DNA of 64,000 nt, from the NCBI RefSeq assembly GCF_018350175.1, contig NC_058383.1, positions 15,998,001-16,062,000 of the forward strand, written 5' to 3'. Source of the DNA: Felis catus (lineage: Eukaryota). Both the position numbers and the translations under genes were made by a program. Positions 48,242 through 62,187 of this stretch are shown piece by piece; position 1 is the stretch's first letter, and every line of letters starts with the position of its first letter. The notes beneath the pieces were generated by a model. That model did no database searches. It was given only the letters and a program-made list of their open reading frames with translations, and was not told the origin of the DNA.

Positions 48242-50564
48242 CCCACAAAACCCTGTAAATGCCTGCACATTGTTTCGTAAATGCATTGTAAAATACTTGA
48301 AAATTAAAATGTAGTAATGACTAAATATGTTATATTTCTTGTTTCTAATAAGGCATTTTTACTGTAGTATTATCTTACTATGTAATTATATTCCAATACT
48401 GTGTAATGTACTCTGTTGTGTCATATAATAAGTATCAAATCCTTTTAAAAGATACAGTGAAACCGGTTATTTCCTATAGACTTAAGTACTAGTGCATATA
48501 AAGCCTACAACTTTACTGCGGGCAATACAATCATCTAGTCCACTGACTTTCAAAGCATGGAACACAAACCAGTGGTGGTCTATGAACTCTCTTATGGATT
48601 CATGTTGAGATCAATTCAGAAACTGAAAGTAAGCACTTAGAAACTTTTACAGAAGTGTAACATTACCATGACATCAAAGTGCATTAGTGGATTGTCTTGT
48701 TGAACAGAATACAGACAGATCCAAGTGTGGACAAACTCATGTGGTGAGTTGTATATGGCATTACATGTGCTAGTCAAGCATAGAATCGAGTTACATGTGA
48801 GATTTTAAGGTAATCTTGCCAGCTACCTGAAGGTGTATAAAATTCTGAGAAAATGCACAGGCTTATTCATTTTCATAACTAGTTAATTTTATGAACATTT
48901 TCATCTTAATCAAGCCGGCTTTTTATTTTATTATTTAACATAATTAGCTAAATTAGAGAAGTGAAATTTAGATTACTGTAACCTAATTTACTGAACAAGC
49001 TTCAGTGGATTTTTCAGCATCTTTTTAGTGGAAAAGACATATCTTTTCTGAATGCACCAGTGGCAGTAAACAAAATGAGAATGAAGAAAGTGGTTCTGAA
49101 TAGATGAAGACTAGCAGAGGCCTACTTTCAATCAGGAGTATGATCCCTTGTAGAATGAGTTCAGTTTTGTAGCCATAATTGATGGTGAAGTGCTAACATC
49201 ACAGTATGTTAACTGCAGAGATATACTGGTTAATGGAACAACAAAACCATCTGAATTTAAGGAGTGTTTATATATAAAATGTGCACAAAAATGAGTTCAA
49301 AACCAAAAGAATTACTTGAAAGAAAGAGCACTGAATTTAAAAGGCTAACAGAAGCAGATATTCAGTATTTCATCCATAAATGTTTGTTTTACAGGCTTCC
49401 TATCCTAGCACTTTGGACTGTTAAAACTAAAATGGTAAATACGATTGCTAAGAAACAAGAGAATAACTAAATCAAAAATATTTGCTTGGAAGTATTGGGT
49501 AAATCTGTATTTTTCGAAGCTAGCACAGCTTACCACATTTAGAAACTAATGATCTGGAAGAACCAATTTACAAAACAATACTTGCAAAGTATTTTTCATT
49601 GTACCTGGACAAGTACACAGATATTGCTAATATGTCGTTTAAATATGAAGGAAGAACTCTTGCTCTCAGTGGAACAGCCAACAAACACAATCAGAGCTTT
49701 GAACTGGATAAAACTATGAAGAATTACACTGCCAACAAAAGTGATCTGGAGTTTTGCAGAGAACAATGTTCTGATGGCACAACTGATATGACAAGAAAAC
49801 ATTCTGGAGTAATTTTCCAGATGAAGAAGCATCAGAAAGTAAATCAACACACTGGTTCTTTTGTTGACAAAATCTTGTTACACAAAAAGTCAGTTTAACT
49901 CAACAGCGGGTTTAGTGTCCTAATAAAAATCATGAAAATGTAAAGTATCAAAGATTATTTTATTATGTAATAATAAAGATGTATCTTATAAATGATTACT
50001 AATGGATTAATGTTAAAACAGTGTTAATGTTAAAACAATGGTTACTGGGGGGAAGTTGAAATTACAAACTCAGTGTTTTCTGTGAGATAAAAAACAAGTT
50101 TCATTCCACTTTTCAAAGATGACACTGGATAACCAAGTTGTATAATATCTTCAGTACTTTTAATGATCTTAAGCCTTCCTTACAAGGAAGAAATGCAATG
50201 TGCTTTTCAATGGCAGTTGAGATAAAGCGAAAAACAAAAGTTTCCTTGGAAGAAGTTTCTATAGATTATCACCATATGATTTATAAATGTAACACAACAC
50301 TTTGAAGTTTAACTTTCCATCCAAATGAGATCCACAGATAGGAAATGTAATAGAACCGAATCTATTTCTTTCATTTAAAGATAATTTAACCACTGACAGC
50401 ATAAACTGCTGGAATTCACTACTGTTGAAAGATAAAGCATCACTTGTTTTTGGTTAAATTCTAAATGAATATTCTGAGCTTGATGAAACTGTTTTTAAGA
50501 TCACTTCTTCTAATCCCACCAACATAATTAACATGTTCTCTCCTTTATTTTTTAATAGAATACA

Positions 50565-50977
50565 CATTTTATTTTTTATTTTTATTTAAATTTAACATTT
50601 TATTTTATTTTTGAGAGAGACAGAACATGAGTGAGAGAGGGGCAAAGAGAGAGAGGGAGACATAGAATCTGGGACAGGCTCCAGGCTCCAAGCTGTTAGC
50701 ACACAGCCTGATGCAGGGCCTGAACACATGAACCGCAAGATCACAACCTGAACCAAAATTGGACACTCAATTGACTGAGCCACCCAGGCACCCCTTATTT
50801 TTATTTTTGAGAGAGACACAGAGAGAGAGAGGCAGAGGGACAGACAGTGAGAATTTTACGCAGGCTCCACACTTACCGTGAAGCCTAATGTGGGGCTTGA
50901 TCCCACAACCCTGGGATCATGACCTGAGCTGAAATGAAGAGTCAGATGCTCAACCGACTGAGCCACCCATGCACCCC
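50565..50977 (-). mobile_element. tandem pair of Can-SINEs (to 50794; 50795-50977) inside the Charlie element
   Basis: Two abutting reverse SINEs. Confidence 0.88.
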
Positions 50978-51178
50978 ACAAATCCCTACTTTAGAGTACT
51001 ATTAAATAAAAGCATAGCAACAGTTTAACCCTATGTCATCATCTGAAAGTACTGCCAACTTCAATCCAACCTAGATAACAAGCAAGACATAAGCTCATTT
51101 GTCACATTTAAACTTTAAGTACTGATAAGACAATGCTTGTTCAAGGTATATGTTAGGTGTCTAAAATACCCAACTGCT

Positions 51179-51384
51179 GGGGTGTCTGGGTGGCTCAGTC
51201 AGTTAAGTGTCTGACTCTTGATTTCAGCTCAGGTCAAGATCTCACAGTCATGAGATCAAGCCCCACATTGGGCTTTGTGCTGACAGCGCAAAGTCTTCTT
51301 GGGATTCTCTCTCCCTCTACTTCTGTCCCTCCCCTGCTTGTGCTCTCTTTTTCTCAAAATAAGTAAATAAACTTTAAAATAAAT
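51179..51384 (+). mobile_element. Can-SINE
   Basis: Perfect 16-bp TSD AAAATACCCAACTGCT. Confidence 0.9.
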
Positions 51385-51413
51385 AAAATACCCAACTGCT
51401 ATTTATCATAACT

Positions 51414-51509
51414 TTATTTTTATTATTTTTTTTAGGTAATCTCTACACCCAACATGGGGCTCAAACTCACAGGAGTTGCATGCTCCACTGACTGAGTCAA
51501 CCAGGCACA
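51414..51509 (-). mobile_element. short Can-SINE
   Basis: GTAATCTCTACACCCAACATGGGGCTCAAACTCACA. Confidence 0.75.
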
Positions 51510-52473
51510 TTTCTATTTCATAACCTCAGATACAATTACCAAATAACATAAAGTTAAGCGTGTAATAGAGAAATTTACCATAGTAATTGACTATACATGC
51601 ACAGTTTTTATAATTCTTCACATTATTTTACTGATTATACTCTTAAAATGCAATTTTGTCAGTTGAATAAACTACTTGACCTTTTATTTAGCATGTGTTG
51701 TTTGCATTTATTTTTTGATAAATGTTTTTTGTAAACTATCAGTCCATAATAGATGGGAAATTTTAAAAACTCATCTTCTACTAGTTTGAAAAACACTGGG
51801 CTAGCCTAAGTAGCTACTTGTATCTTGAGTTCCTGTCAAGAGTAAATCCACATAAATCCTGAATGAATCTCTATTAACTGAAATTTTACAAACACTTAAA
51901 GTAAACTTAAATTATTAAATATTTGGAAACTTTCAAGTTTCCAAATACAGAAAAATGTCTTAACTGGTTGTTGGTTTTCATATGCAGAGTAGTTGTGGCC
52001 TCCCTTTATCAGAGGAGTTCACAGGTCTGGCACATTGCTTTCTTTTTTCACGGTAAATAAAGAGAACCTGGACTATAGCATATTTTCATATTTAATCCAG
52101 CATTTCAGCCACTGAAACTACTGTCTCCAATGGAAAAAAGAAACTGATGAGGATTCTCTTAAAAGCAAAACCTCCCCAGCTGAGATTAACAAACTGAACA
52201 CAATTGTCTTTGTAAATATCAACATGTTCTGATTGTAACCTTAGACTCCCTGAAGTGTAAGTAAATTTGAACTTGAAAAATAATTAAACACCTGGTTCAG
52301 AGATCTGTAGACCATTAGGCTAGCTAGTATCAATGAAAATATTAGACCTTCCCCCCCATGATTTAAAAATAATAGTGGTATTCACAGTGGCATATATTGC
52401 CAGTAATTAAAACTGGACACTGGGAAATGTACTGTGGGTTATTCAGGAATATGAAAGCAAATCTAAGCCACTC

Positions 52474-52683
52474 TTTTTTTTTTAATGTTTTATTTATTTG
52501 GAGAGAGAGAAAACGCAAGCAGGGGAGGGTTAGAGAAAGAGGGAGAGAGAGAGAGAATCCCAAGCAAGCTCTGCACTGCCAGTACAAAGCCCGATGCGGG
52601 GCTCAAACTCACGAACTGTGAGATCATGACCTGAGGCAAAATCAAGAGTTGGACACTTAACCAACTGAGCCACCCAGGTAACC
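52474..52683 (-). mobile_element. Can-SINE
   Basis: TSD CTAAGCCACTCTTT. Confidence 0.9.
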
Positions 52684-53417
52684 CTAAGCCACTCTTTCAA
52701 GACATAAGTCAGTGTTGGGAAGAGGATACCTGAGGCCATCAGAATTATTGCTACCATAAATAGTTTTCAAGTATGAAGGGAAAAAATTTTAAACCTCCAT
52801 TTTAACTTAAAGTTTTAATGATTAATTTCACATTAATGTGAAAAGAAATAGAATTCTAGCAGCTACATGCACAAAACTGAGGTTCAGTCCCATTCCCTTC
52901 AAATCACCTATCTTGAGTCAATACATTAAGATTTGTTTTCCATCCCTATACGAAGATTCTTACAACTAGAAAAAAAAAAGAACTTAAGCATTCCTTTGTA
53001 GCTTTTTTATTCATCACAGGTTAAATGGTATCACTCCAAAATGCAATCTCAAATCTCTTTCATTCTGCAAAAGTCTCTGCTGACCTCTCAGGAGAAAATG
53101 TAAACCACAAATTATGGATCTCCTTCACTTTCTGGTACACCACTACCACTACTGTTTTACTTATTTTGTTTATATCGTCTGTGTCTGGCATTAAATTGGA
53201 CTTCAGGAGAAAAGGAACTCTCATTCATCTTTGGGTTTTCAGGTCAAAATTCTAAAGTATAAATAATTAAAGAAAGGAATAACCAATTCTTTCAAGTTCC
53301 CAATTGCCATCCTCTAAAGAATAGGTATTTTGTATTCAAACTTTCATTACTTTTTCTTTGACCAGTTCTCTACCTTCTGGGGTCTCAAAAAGTAGTTGAA
53401 GAAGTAGATGCTGTCTA

Positions 53418-53610
53418 GGGGTGCCTGCCTGGGTGGTTCAGTTGGTTAACCGTCCGACTTGTGATTTCAGCTGAGGTCAGGGTCTCACAGTTTGAGAGTT
53501 CAAGCCCCCCATTAGGCTCTGCACTGACAGTGTGGAGACTGCTTGGGATTCTCTCTTTCTCCTTCTCTCTCTGCCCCTCCCCTGCTCTTGCTCTCTCTCT
53601 CTCTCAAAAA
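53418..53610 (+). mobile_element. Can-SINE
   Basis: TSD AAGTAGATGCTGTC. Confidence 0.9.
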
Positions 53611-55099
53611 AAGTAGATGCTGTCCAGAATCCTCCCACAGAACAATCTTTGCAAATAAAAACTCCTGAGCCCTAACTTTGTACTACTAAAAGGCTGTGAT
53701 TCCACATTTTAATTTGTGTCAAAGTGAAGTAAGGGAACAAATAACAATACTAATACTAATACTCCATTTTCTTTTCTTTTCCAGCCCTAAAGTATTTTAA
53801 AATGTACTACACAGTGAAGTTTAAATACCCTAGAGCTGAAAAACAGACATAAAATCTGAGTCTCAAATAGTTGATATAAATTGAGAGGAAAGTAATAAAA
53901 TGCACAGAGCTTAATATTTTTAAAGAATCTCAGAAAATTCTGCATATGGGGAAAGGATTAATAGAGATGAAAAGATTTTCAGAGATGAATAACATGACTT
54001 GCCATATTAAAACAGCAACAGAAGTAGTGAGTAGCAGATAAACTACTACCAAACAAAAAGCGACATAAAACAATAAATGGATAAATTATCCCACAATAAT
54101 AGAACAACAAAAAGGACAAAACAGACTAGTAAGATGAAAGAAAAAAATGTTAGAAATATTATACAGATCAACCTTACCAATAATAGTTGTGGAAAGAAAA
54201 AAAAAACAGTATTTATTCTTTTAACAAATTTATTGAGCATACAGTAAACTATTGCCAGGCACCAAGGAGGCAATAGTGAACAAGAGTGATATGGACAAGT
54301 TCATATTCTAGAACAAATAAAGCTGAAGTAATAACCAAAGAAATGAAAACTAAACTATTAAAGTAGGAAGAAGGAAGGAGGGAGAGAGGGAAGGAGGGAA
54401 GGAAAAAGGGAAAAAAAGTGAGAGAACGAAGGAGAGAAGGTAGTTGAAGGAAAAATAAATGTACACATTTTGTGTTCTAGCTAAATTTAATGCAGAGATT
54501 GGCAGAATTTTCAAACTTCAAAGATAAAGAAGTATCCCATAAGCATCAAGTTACAGTTTAGAAAACAATCTGATTGGCAATGTTTAATACTAGGCATGTA
54601 ACAAGGAAAAGGTTAAATTGGCACTCCTATACACTATAGGGGGAGTGTAAATAGGCACAATTTTCTAAAGATTAATTTAACAATCCCACTTCCAGGAATC
54701 TAGCTTAAGAAAATAATCAATGATGTAAAGATTTACATAAATGTGTACACGGGTGTTCAACACAGTATTATTTAAAATGGCAAATTGAAAAACAACCTAA
54801 ATGGCAAATTATCTAGGATGAAGCAAATTACATTTTGGATATTCAGTGGAATACTATACAGACATTTAAAGCTCTTTTCAAATATTTTATTATATGTCAA
54901 AATGCTTGTGATCCAAACTTAAATGGAAATGAAGAGCATGGCCTCAATTTTTTTTCTTAAAAAAAAAAAAACCAGCACATATTTATGTATAGACATTTGG
55001 ATGAATATGCATGTGTACACATACATATTTACAAACAAAAATCAACTGGGAGTGCACTAAAATATTAATAGAGGTAATTTTTATCTCTTTTACTTTGCA

Positions 55100-57710
55100 A
55101 AGCTTTTCAAGACCATTTACATTTAATGTAATGACAGGTTGATATGACTATGTTTAAGTCTAGCATCTTGCTGTTCCCTGTTTGTCCAAACTGTATTTTG
55201 TTGTCTTTCCCCACATTACCTGCCTTCTTTTGGATTAACGGAGAATTTTTTTAGGATTCCATCTCCACAATTACTTGATTAGCTGTAATTCTATTTAATT
55301 TTCCTAGTGGTTACTCTAGGTTTTACATTGTATCTTTATATTACCTTTAACTTAGGCTGCTTTCCCATAGCAGATAAAGAGCACCTCATGTATTATTTAA
55401 GAAATTTCTAATCATATATTTCCATTTTCCTCCCATCTTTTTGCTGTTGTCATACATTTTACTTCTATATGTTATAAAATCCACAATACGTTACTACTTT
55501 TGCTTTAAAAACCAAGTATATTTTTTCCCCAAAAGTATTTATTTTGAGAGAGAGCACAAGCAGGGGAGGGACAGAGAGAGAATCGCAAGCAGGCTCCGCA
55601 CCACCAGCGCACAGCCCATGCAGGGCTCAAACCCGTAAACCATGAGCCAAAATCGAGTTGGACATTTAACCGACTAAACCACCCAGGTGCCCCCCAAGTA
55701 TTTTTTTAAAGCTACTAATTCCAGAACATTTCCATCACTCCAAACGTAAACACCATACCTGTTAGTCACTCAATTCAATGATCATTTAAAGGAATTAATA
55801 ATAAATATCTTTATATTTACCCCACATTTACCACTTCCGGTACTTTTCAATCCTTTGTAAAGATCCATATTTCTACCTTAAATAATTTATCTTTTGCCTG
55901 AATAACTTCCTTTAACATTTCTTGTTGTACAGGTCTGCTGGCAACAAATACTCTCAGCATGAGTTTGTTCAAAAGTCTTTATTTCACTACTATTTCTGAA
56001 AAGTATTTTCCAAGATAAGGAATACTAGGCTAACAGTTCTGTTTGTTTTTAAGCACTTTAACGATGTCTCTCCACCATCTTTTGATTTGCTAAATTTCTG
56101 ATAAGAAATCTGCTGACATTCTTGTTACCCTACATAATGTGTCTTTTTTCTCTGCCTGCTTTTGAGATTTTGCCCTATCACTGGTGGTCAGCAATTTGAT
56201 TATGATGTATCTTGATGTGGTTTCCTTTATACATATTCTCCTTGAGATTTGTTGTGCTTCTTGAATCTGTGGGTTTGCAATTTTCATCAAATTTGGAAAT
56301 TTTCTGGTCATTATTAAAAATGTCTTTCGTTCTCCTCCCTCCCTCTTTTCTGGGCTCCAATACACATATGTTAGACTGTTCTTGTTCCTGACTACTGTTC
56401 CTGTTCTAGACATTGATGATCTGCTAATTTTTCCTCACATTTTTTCTCTGTCGCATTTTGAACAGTTTCTACTGTTGCATCTTCACATTCACTGATCTGC
56501 TGGTGCCTCATGTGCTGCTAATCCCTTGAGTATATTTTTCACTCCATTTCCATCTCTGGAAGTTATATTGAGGTCTTTTTAATATCTCTCCATTATGTTA
56601 ACCATTTCCTCTACCTACCTGAACATATAAAGCATATTTAAAAGAGCTGTTTTAGGGGTGCCTGGGTGGCACAGTCAGTTAAGCCTCTGACTTTGGCTCA
56701 GGTCATAATCTTGCAGTTGGTGGGTTCGAGCCACACATCAGGCTCTGTGCTGACAGCTCAGAGCCTAGAACCTGCTTCAGATTCTCTGTCTCCCTCTCTC
56801 TCTGCCCCTCCCCTGCTCACACTCTCTCTCTCAAAAAATAAACATTAAAAAAAAAATAGAGCTATTAAAAGAGCTGCTTTAATGAACTTTTTTATTCCAT
56901 CATCTCTGGGTTTATTTCCATTTTTTTATTTTTCTGATTATTTTCTAATTATAGGTCCTATTTTTCTGGTTCTTTGCTTGCCTGGTAATTTTTTAATTGG
57001 ATGGCAGGGACACTGTGAATTTTATGTTTGGGGTACTAGGTTCTGCTATATTCCCTTAAAAAGTGCTTGTTTTTGTTCCAGAACACAATTAAGTTTCTTG
57101 GAATCATCTGGATCCTCCAAGGCTTGCTTTTATGCTCTGGTAGGGCAGGTCCAGAGCAGCCTTTATTTTAGGGCTAATTTAGCCCTATAACCAAGGCAAT
57201 ATCTTTTTGATGCCCTACATATACTTTGGCTAGTGAGAACATACACTATTCCCAACCTTGTGTGAGTTTCAGCCCACTCTTTTTCAGTGGAGTTCTTTTT
57301 TTGGCTTCAGGTAGTTTCTTCGTATGCATGTGAAGATCAGTGCTCAACCAGACTCAAGGGTACACACCTGCATATCTCTGGGGTTCTCTGGGCAACTTCT
57401 CCTCTCTTACATTGTGCCCCACAAATGAGAGCTGCCTTTGCCCCATCAAACTCCCATCTCTGTCTTCTCAACTCAAGGAAACCACTGGGCTCTATTTGGG
57501 TTCCCCTCTCCGCTCTGCAGCCTGAAAAACACCTCCCAACAAGAAACTGGGGCAACCACAGAGCTCGGTAAATTCGTTTCTCTTCTTTCAGTGATCACAG
57601 CCGTGTTGCCTCTTATTCAATGTCTCTAAATTGTTATTTCATATGCTGACTTTCCAGTTGTTTAAAATAGCAAGGTAAATTCAGTCCCTGACATTCCATC
57701 GTTGCTGGAC
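55100..57710 (-). mobile_element. old L1 5'/ORF1 fragment with nested SINEs (55521-55693 on -, 56655-56856 on +)
   Basis: ORF 56090..56413, NPQIQEAQQ...TSRYIIIKLL...RMSADFLSE, resembles the L1 ORF1p RRM/CTD region. Confidence 0.78.
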
Positions 57711-58282
57711 AGAATCAATTTTGTGATCAACTAGTGATTTCACAATTTCTTATCTAAAGTATTCATCCAGAACTCTCTTTTTTAGTACCTAACAATGCTA
57801 ACTACTCCTTTTTTTCTTGGAATTTGTTCCACTCTTAGTTTGACACTAAACTCTTAATTCTCCTGCTTCTCTATGATTTCTTATTCTTGAATCCCCAAAT
57901 ATAGGCAAATTTCCAAAGTTCTGTCCTTGCCACATTATCTTCTCCATCTGTGCAGGATTCTCACCATGTGTGATTTCAACAAGCCCTACAATTGCATTTA
58001 TGACCCCTTTCTTTTGCTGCTGACTTTTAACACAAGAGAAGCATCACATGTAACTGGCTCTGGACTTTTTCATTCATGAACAGAATACAAAGAAAAAAAG
58101 CAGAACACAAAATGTAAAATCTCAACTCCATTTTAAAATGTGAGAGTTCATACATATACTTTCATAACACGTAACCAAAACAAATAAACACACACACCCA
58201 GAAGTTAATTCAGTTAAAATGTTAAGAATGATAATCTATTCTATGGATAATTTTTTCTTCTATATACTTTTCTGCATTTTCT

Positions 58283-58510
58283 TTTTTTTTTTTTAATTTT
58301 TTTTTCAACGTTTATTTATTTTTGGGACAGAGAGAAACAGAGCATGAACGGGGGAGGGGCAGAGAGAGGGAGACACAGTATCGGAAACAGGCTCCAGGCT
58401 CTCTCTGAGCCATCAGCCCAGAGCCTGACGCGGGGCTCGAACTCCGGGACCGCGAGATCGTGACCTGGCTGAAGTCGGACGCTTAACCGACTGCGCCACC
58501 CAGACGCCCC
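58283..58510 (-). mobile_element. young SINEC_Fc
   Basis: CpG-rich; perfect 17-bp TSD ACTTTTCTGCATTTTCT. Confidence 0.93.
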
Positions 58511-59267
58511 ACTTTTCTGCATTTTCTACACAGGCACACATAAACACACACACATTGGCATACACTAAATTTATAATGAAAACTTATTTTCTAAATCCCC
58601 ACTTCCAGCTCACAGCTTCAGCATCTCAAACCAATATAGGCCAGCATCTCAAACCAATACATATTCAAAGACTAGTCACATATCTTCCACTTAGAGCCTG
58701 CCTGTCCTTCTCTGTTCTGTACAAAGTCCTCTCATAAACTTCAGTCATTTCAACTTGTTCCTCTGTCCCCACACTCAGTCAACAATCCTGATAGAATGAG
58801 TCTCAATTCATGGGAAACAATATTACTGAAGAAAGCTCTAGAACGAGACCCCTCCACCCTTTTTTTTCCAGGTCAGAGATACAGGAGAAATTTGCAAAGA
58901 GGAAGCAATGCCCTTGGCATAGAACCAGGTTGTGCCAGGGGTAAAGAGGTAGACTTTGAGGAAAGGGCCAAAGTTGGACAATAAGCCCAGGGGAAAAACT
59001 ACTGTACTGAGCAGACTGAGAGTCAAGAGACTGGGGACTTAACGACCCTCTATTCTGGTGATACCTATACATGAAAACAAGGAGAAATATGTAGTAAAAT
59101 AAAACTTTAAATGGCACTATGGTATAAATCTGTTTTGCTGACAAAACTGGCATTAAATGATGGTTGATGTGAATAATACACACTACCAACTTTTACATAT
59201 AATTAACCAGCTCTGAATGATAAAGTCTTACCTTTTTATTCTAATGCTCCTTTAAAAATAGGTAATA

Positions 59268-59440
59268 GGGGAGCCTGGCGCTTCAGTCGGCTGAGCATTG
59301 GACTTCGGCTCAGGTCACAATCTCACGGTTCACAAGTTTGAGCCCTGCATCAGGCTTTCTGCTATCAATGTGGAGCCCTCTTCAGATCCTCTGCCCACCC
59401 CATCTCCCTCTCTCTTAAAAATAAACATTAAAAAAATAAT
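59268..59440 (+). mobile_element. Can-SINE
   Basis: TSD AAAATAGGTAATA / AAAATCAGTAATA. Confidence 0.85.
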
Positions 59441-59494
59441 AAAAATCAGTAATAAATGAACAAGGTACAGAATTCAAAGATCACAAAATACGAT

Positions 59495-59980
59495 GTCTGA
59501 GCCTTGAGGACATTATGTTAAGTGAAATGAGCCAGTCACAAAAATACATACGAATATTTTATGACTCCACTTTTATGGGGTATCTAGAGTAGTCAAATTC
59601 ATAGAAACACAACGTAGAATGGGTGATTGCCAGAGGTAAAGGGGAGGAGGAAACGAGGAGCTGTTTAATGGGTTTGAAAAGTTCTGGGGGCACCTGGGTG
59701 GCTCAGTTGGTTAAGCATCAGCCTTTTGGTTTTGGCTCAGGTCATGATCTCATGGTTTGTGAGTTTGAGCCCCACTTCGGGCTCTGCTGACAGTGTGGAG
59801 CCTGCTTGGGATTCTCTCTCTCTTTCTCAAAATAAATTAAAAAAAATTTTTTTAAGTCCTGGATACTGGTTATACAATGATGTGAATAAAATTAAATTAA
59901 GAGTACTGAATTGTACACCTGAAATGCTTAATACAGTACATTTTATATTATGTGCACTTTGCCATTATGAAAATTTTTAA
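59495..59980 (+). mobile_element. L1MB-like 3' end with nested Can-SINE (59686-59853)
   Basis: CCTTGAGGACATTATGTTAAGTGAAATGAGCCAGTCACAAAA...GTAGTCAAATTCATAGAAACA. Confidence 0.75.
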
Positions 59981-60146
59981 AATTTAAAAGTATACGAGTA
60001 TTCAGGGAAAGTATCTCCCATTTTGTTCCCCAGCCACCAACTTCTCCCCAGAGAGCCAGCATTAATATATTTTTCTATACTTCCAGAAATATTCTATTTA
60101 TATACTTTTTATGTAAATGACTTAAAAAATATACCCACACAAAATA

Positions 60147-61253
60147 CAGTTGGTCCTTAAACACAGGTTTGAACTTTGCAGATTTAGTCATAATAAAATT
60201 TTTTTTGATGAATACAGTACAGTACTGATGTATTTTCTCTTCCTCTTAAACATTTTTTCTCTAGCTTATATATTTGTATAATATACAAAATATGTGCTAA
60301 TTCACTGTTTATGTTATGTTCACAGCAAGCCTTCCAATTAACAGTAGGCTACTAGCAGCTAAGTTTTGGGGGAGTCAAAAGTTACACACTGGAAATGCAA
60401 ATCAAAACTACAATGACTTCATACTAGTCAGAATGGCTAGTATTAAAAACACAAGAAATAACAAGTGCTGGCAAGGATGCGGAGAAAAGGGAACCCTCAC
60501 CCAGTTGGTGGGAACGTAAGTTGGTGCAGCTGCTATGGAAAACAGTTTTCCTCAAAAAATTATAAATTCTGTATGATCCACTAATTCCACTGCCCATTTA
60601 CCCAAATGAAAACACTAGTTTCAAGATATATGCACTCTTATTTACTGCAGTATTATTTATAAGAGCTAAGAGCTGAAGGCAATTTAAGTGCCGATGGATG
60701 GATGGATGGATGGATGGATGGATGGATGGATGGATGGATAAAAAAGATGTGGTATATATGCACACTGAAGTATGACTCAGCCATAAAACAGAACGAAATC
60801 TTGCTATTAGTGACAACATGGATGGACCTAGAGGGTATCATGCTAAGTGAAATCAGAGACAAATACCACAAGATTTCATTTATATGTGGAAAAATCTAAA
60901 CAACAAAACAAATGAACAAACAAAAACAGAAAAATTCTCACAGAGAATTTTGCCAGAGGGAAGGGAGGTTGAGGGGACAGGCGAAACAGGTGAAGGAAAT
61001 TAAGAGGTACAAACTTTCAGTAATAAAAAAAGTCACAAACAGGGATGAAAAGTATAGCAAAAGGAATGCAGTCCATAATATTACAACAATGTTGTATGGT
61101 GACAGAGTGTAATTGCATGTATAGAATTGTGGATTATTTTGAATACCTGAAATGTAACACTGCGTGTCAACTATACTTCAATTATAAAAAATGCAAATTG
61201 TACTACACAGGTGGTCAGTGCCCCTAACCCCCATGTTTTTCAAGGGTCAACTG
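60147..61253 (+). mobile_element. Tigger2a/MER28-like Tc1-mariner element split by an L1 insertion
   Basis: TIRs CAGTTGGTCCTTAAAC ... TTTTTCAAGGGTCAACTG; TA target duplication at 60145-46 and 61254-55. Confidence 0.82.
60391..61190 (+). mobile_element. L1 3' end (L1MA-like) with (GATG)n at 60693-60739
   Basis: GGAAATGCAAATCAAAACTACAATGA...ACAACATGGATGGACCTAGAGGG...CAACTATACTTCAAT. Confidence 0.82.
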
Positions 61254-62187
61254 TATTAGCATACTACATATATCATTCATGCACCTTGCTTGGTCTTTTA
61301 AAAACATCTTAAGAGATGTTTCTAAATTAGTTCACAAAGAACTCCCTTTCACTTTTTAAGAGCTGCTATTTATTCACTCTATTACATTACCATTAATTAT
61401 TTCACCAGTTCCTCACTGACTGGTAACTAGATTTTGTCCCAACTTTTGTTATGATAAGCATGGCAATGAATGTCTTCATACTACTTAACTGACACATACA
61501 AGAGTGTATATGTATGTATTCGTGTTTACAAGCACAGAAAAAAACTGCTAAAAAAAAGGGGGGTATGTGCATTATGACTGTGTATATACATACTATTATC
61601 TATTTAGAATTTGTTATTGAATTATAGCATACATTCAGAAAAGTACACAAAAGCTTGATGAATTTTCCCAATGTAAGCACAACTGTGTAACCAGGACCCA
61701 CATTAAGATATAGAACACTACAAGCCTCCAAAAGCTTGTCTTGTGTTCCTTTTCAGTGAGGTAACACTACTCTGACTTCTAACAACATAGTTTTAATTTT
61801 GTGTTTTGGAACTTGTATTTTTGTCTGGCTCTTTCACTCACCATTATGGTTGTAAGAACCATCTCTTTTTGTGTGTAAATTGTAACTCATTCATTCTTGT
61901 TCTCTGTAATATTCTATTGTATAAACACATCATAATTTATTTATCCTTACTACTCTTGAAGTACATACATTTTTAATTTTAATGGATATTATCAAACTGC
62001 TCTTCAGAGTTTAGAATCCTACCATTACTATATGGAACTTGATACTTCTCTACATCTCAGCCAAGTTAATCAAAAGTTTTGATCTTTGCCAATCTAATAC
62101 ATTAAAAACGTTTTCAATATAGTTTCAATTTGCTCTTATGGCTGAAATTTCCTGTTTAAGAACTATTTGTGTTTATTTTCAACTGTC

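Larger units (their letters stand above)
48541..51798 (+). mobile_element. near-full-length decayed hAT-Charlie DNA transposon (Charlie10-like; Buster/SCAND3-type transposase fossil)
   Basis: TIRs CACTGACTTTCAAA ... TTTGAAAAACACTG; CTAG-centred 8-bp flanks. Frameshifted transposase remnants: SKPKELLERKSTEFK, LDKYTDIANM, CSDGTTDMTRKHS, IFSTFNDLKPSLQGRNA, SIQPR...AHLSH. Confidence 0.85.

Noticed and set aside
58619..58660. Direct repeat CAGCATCTCAAACCAATA x2 (similar small duplications near 25925 and 17065)
   Set aside because: Two-copy local tandem duplications. No repeat-spacer array; a CRISPR is not supported in this mammalian sequence.
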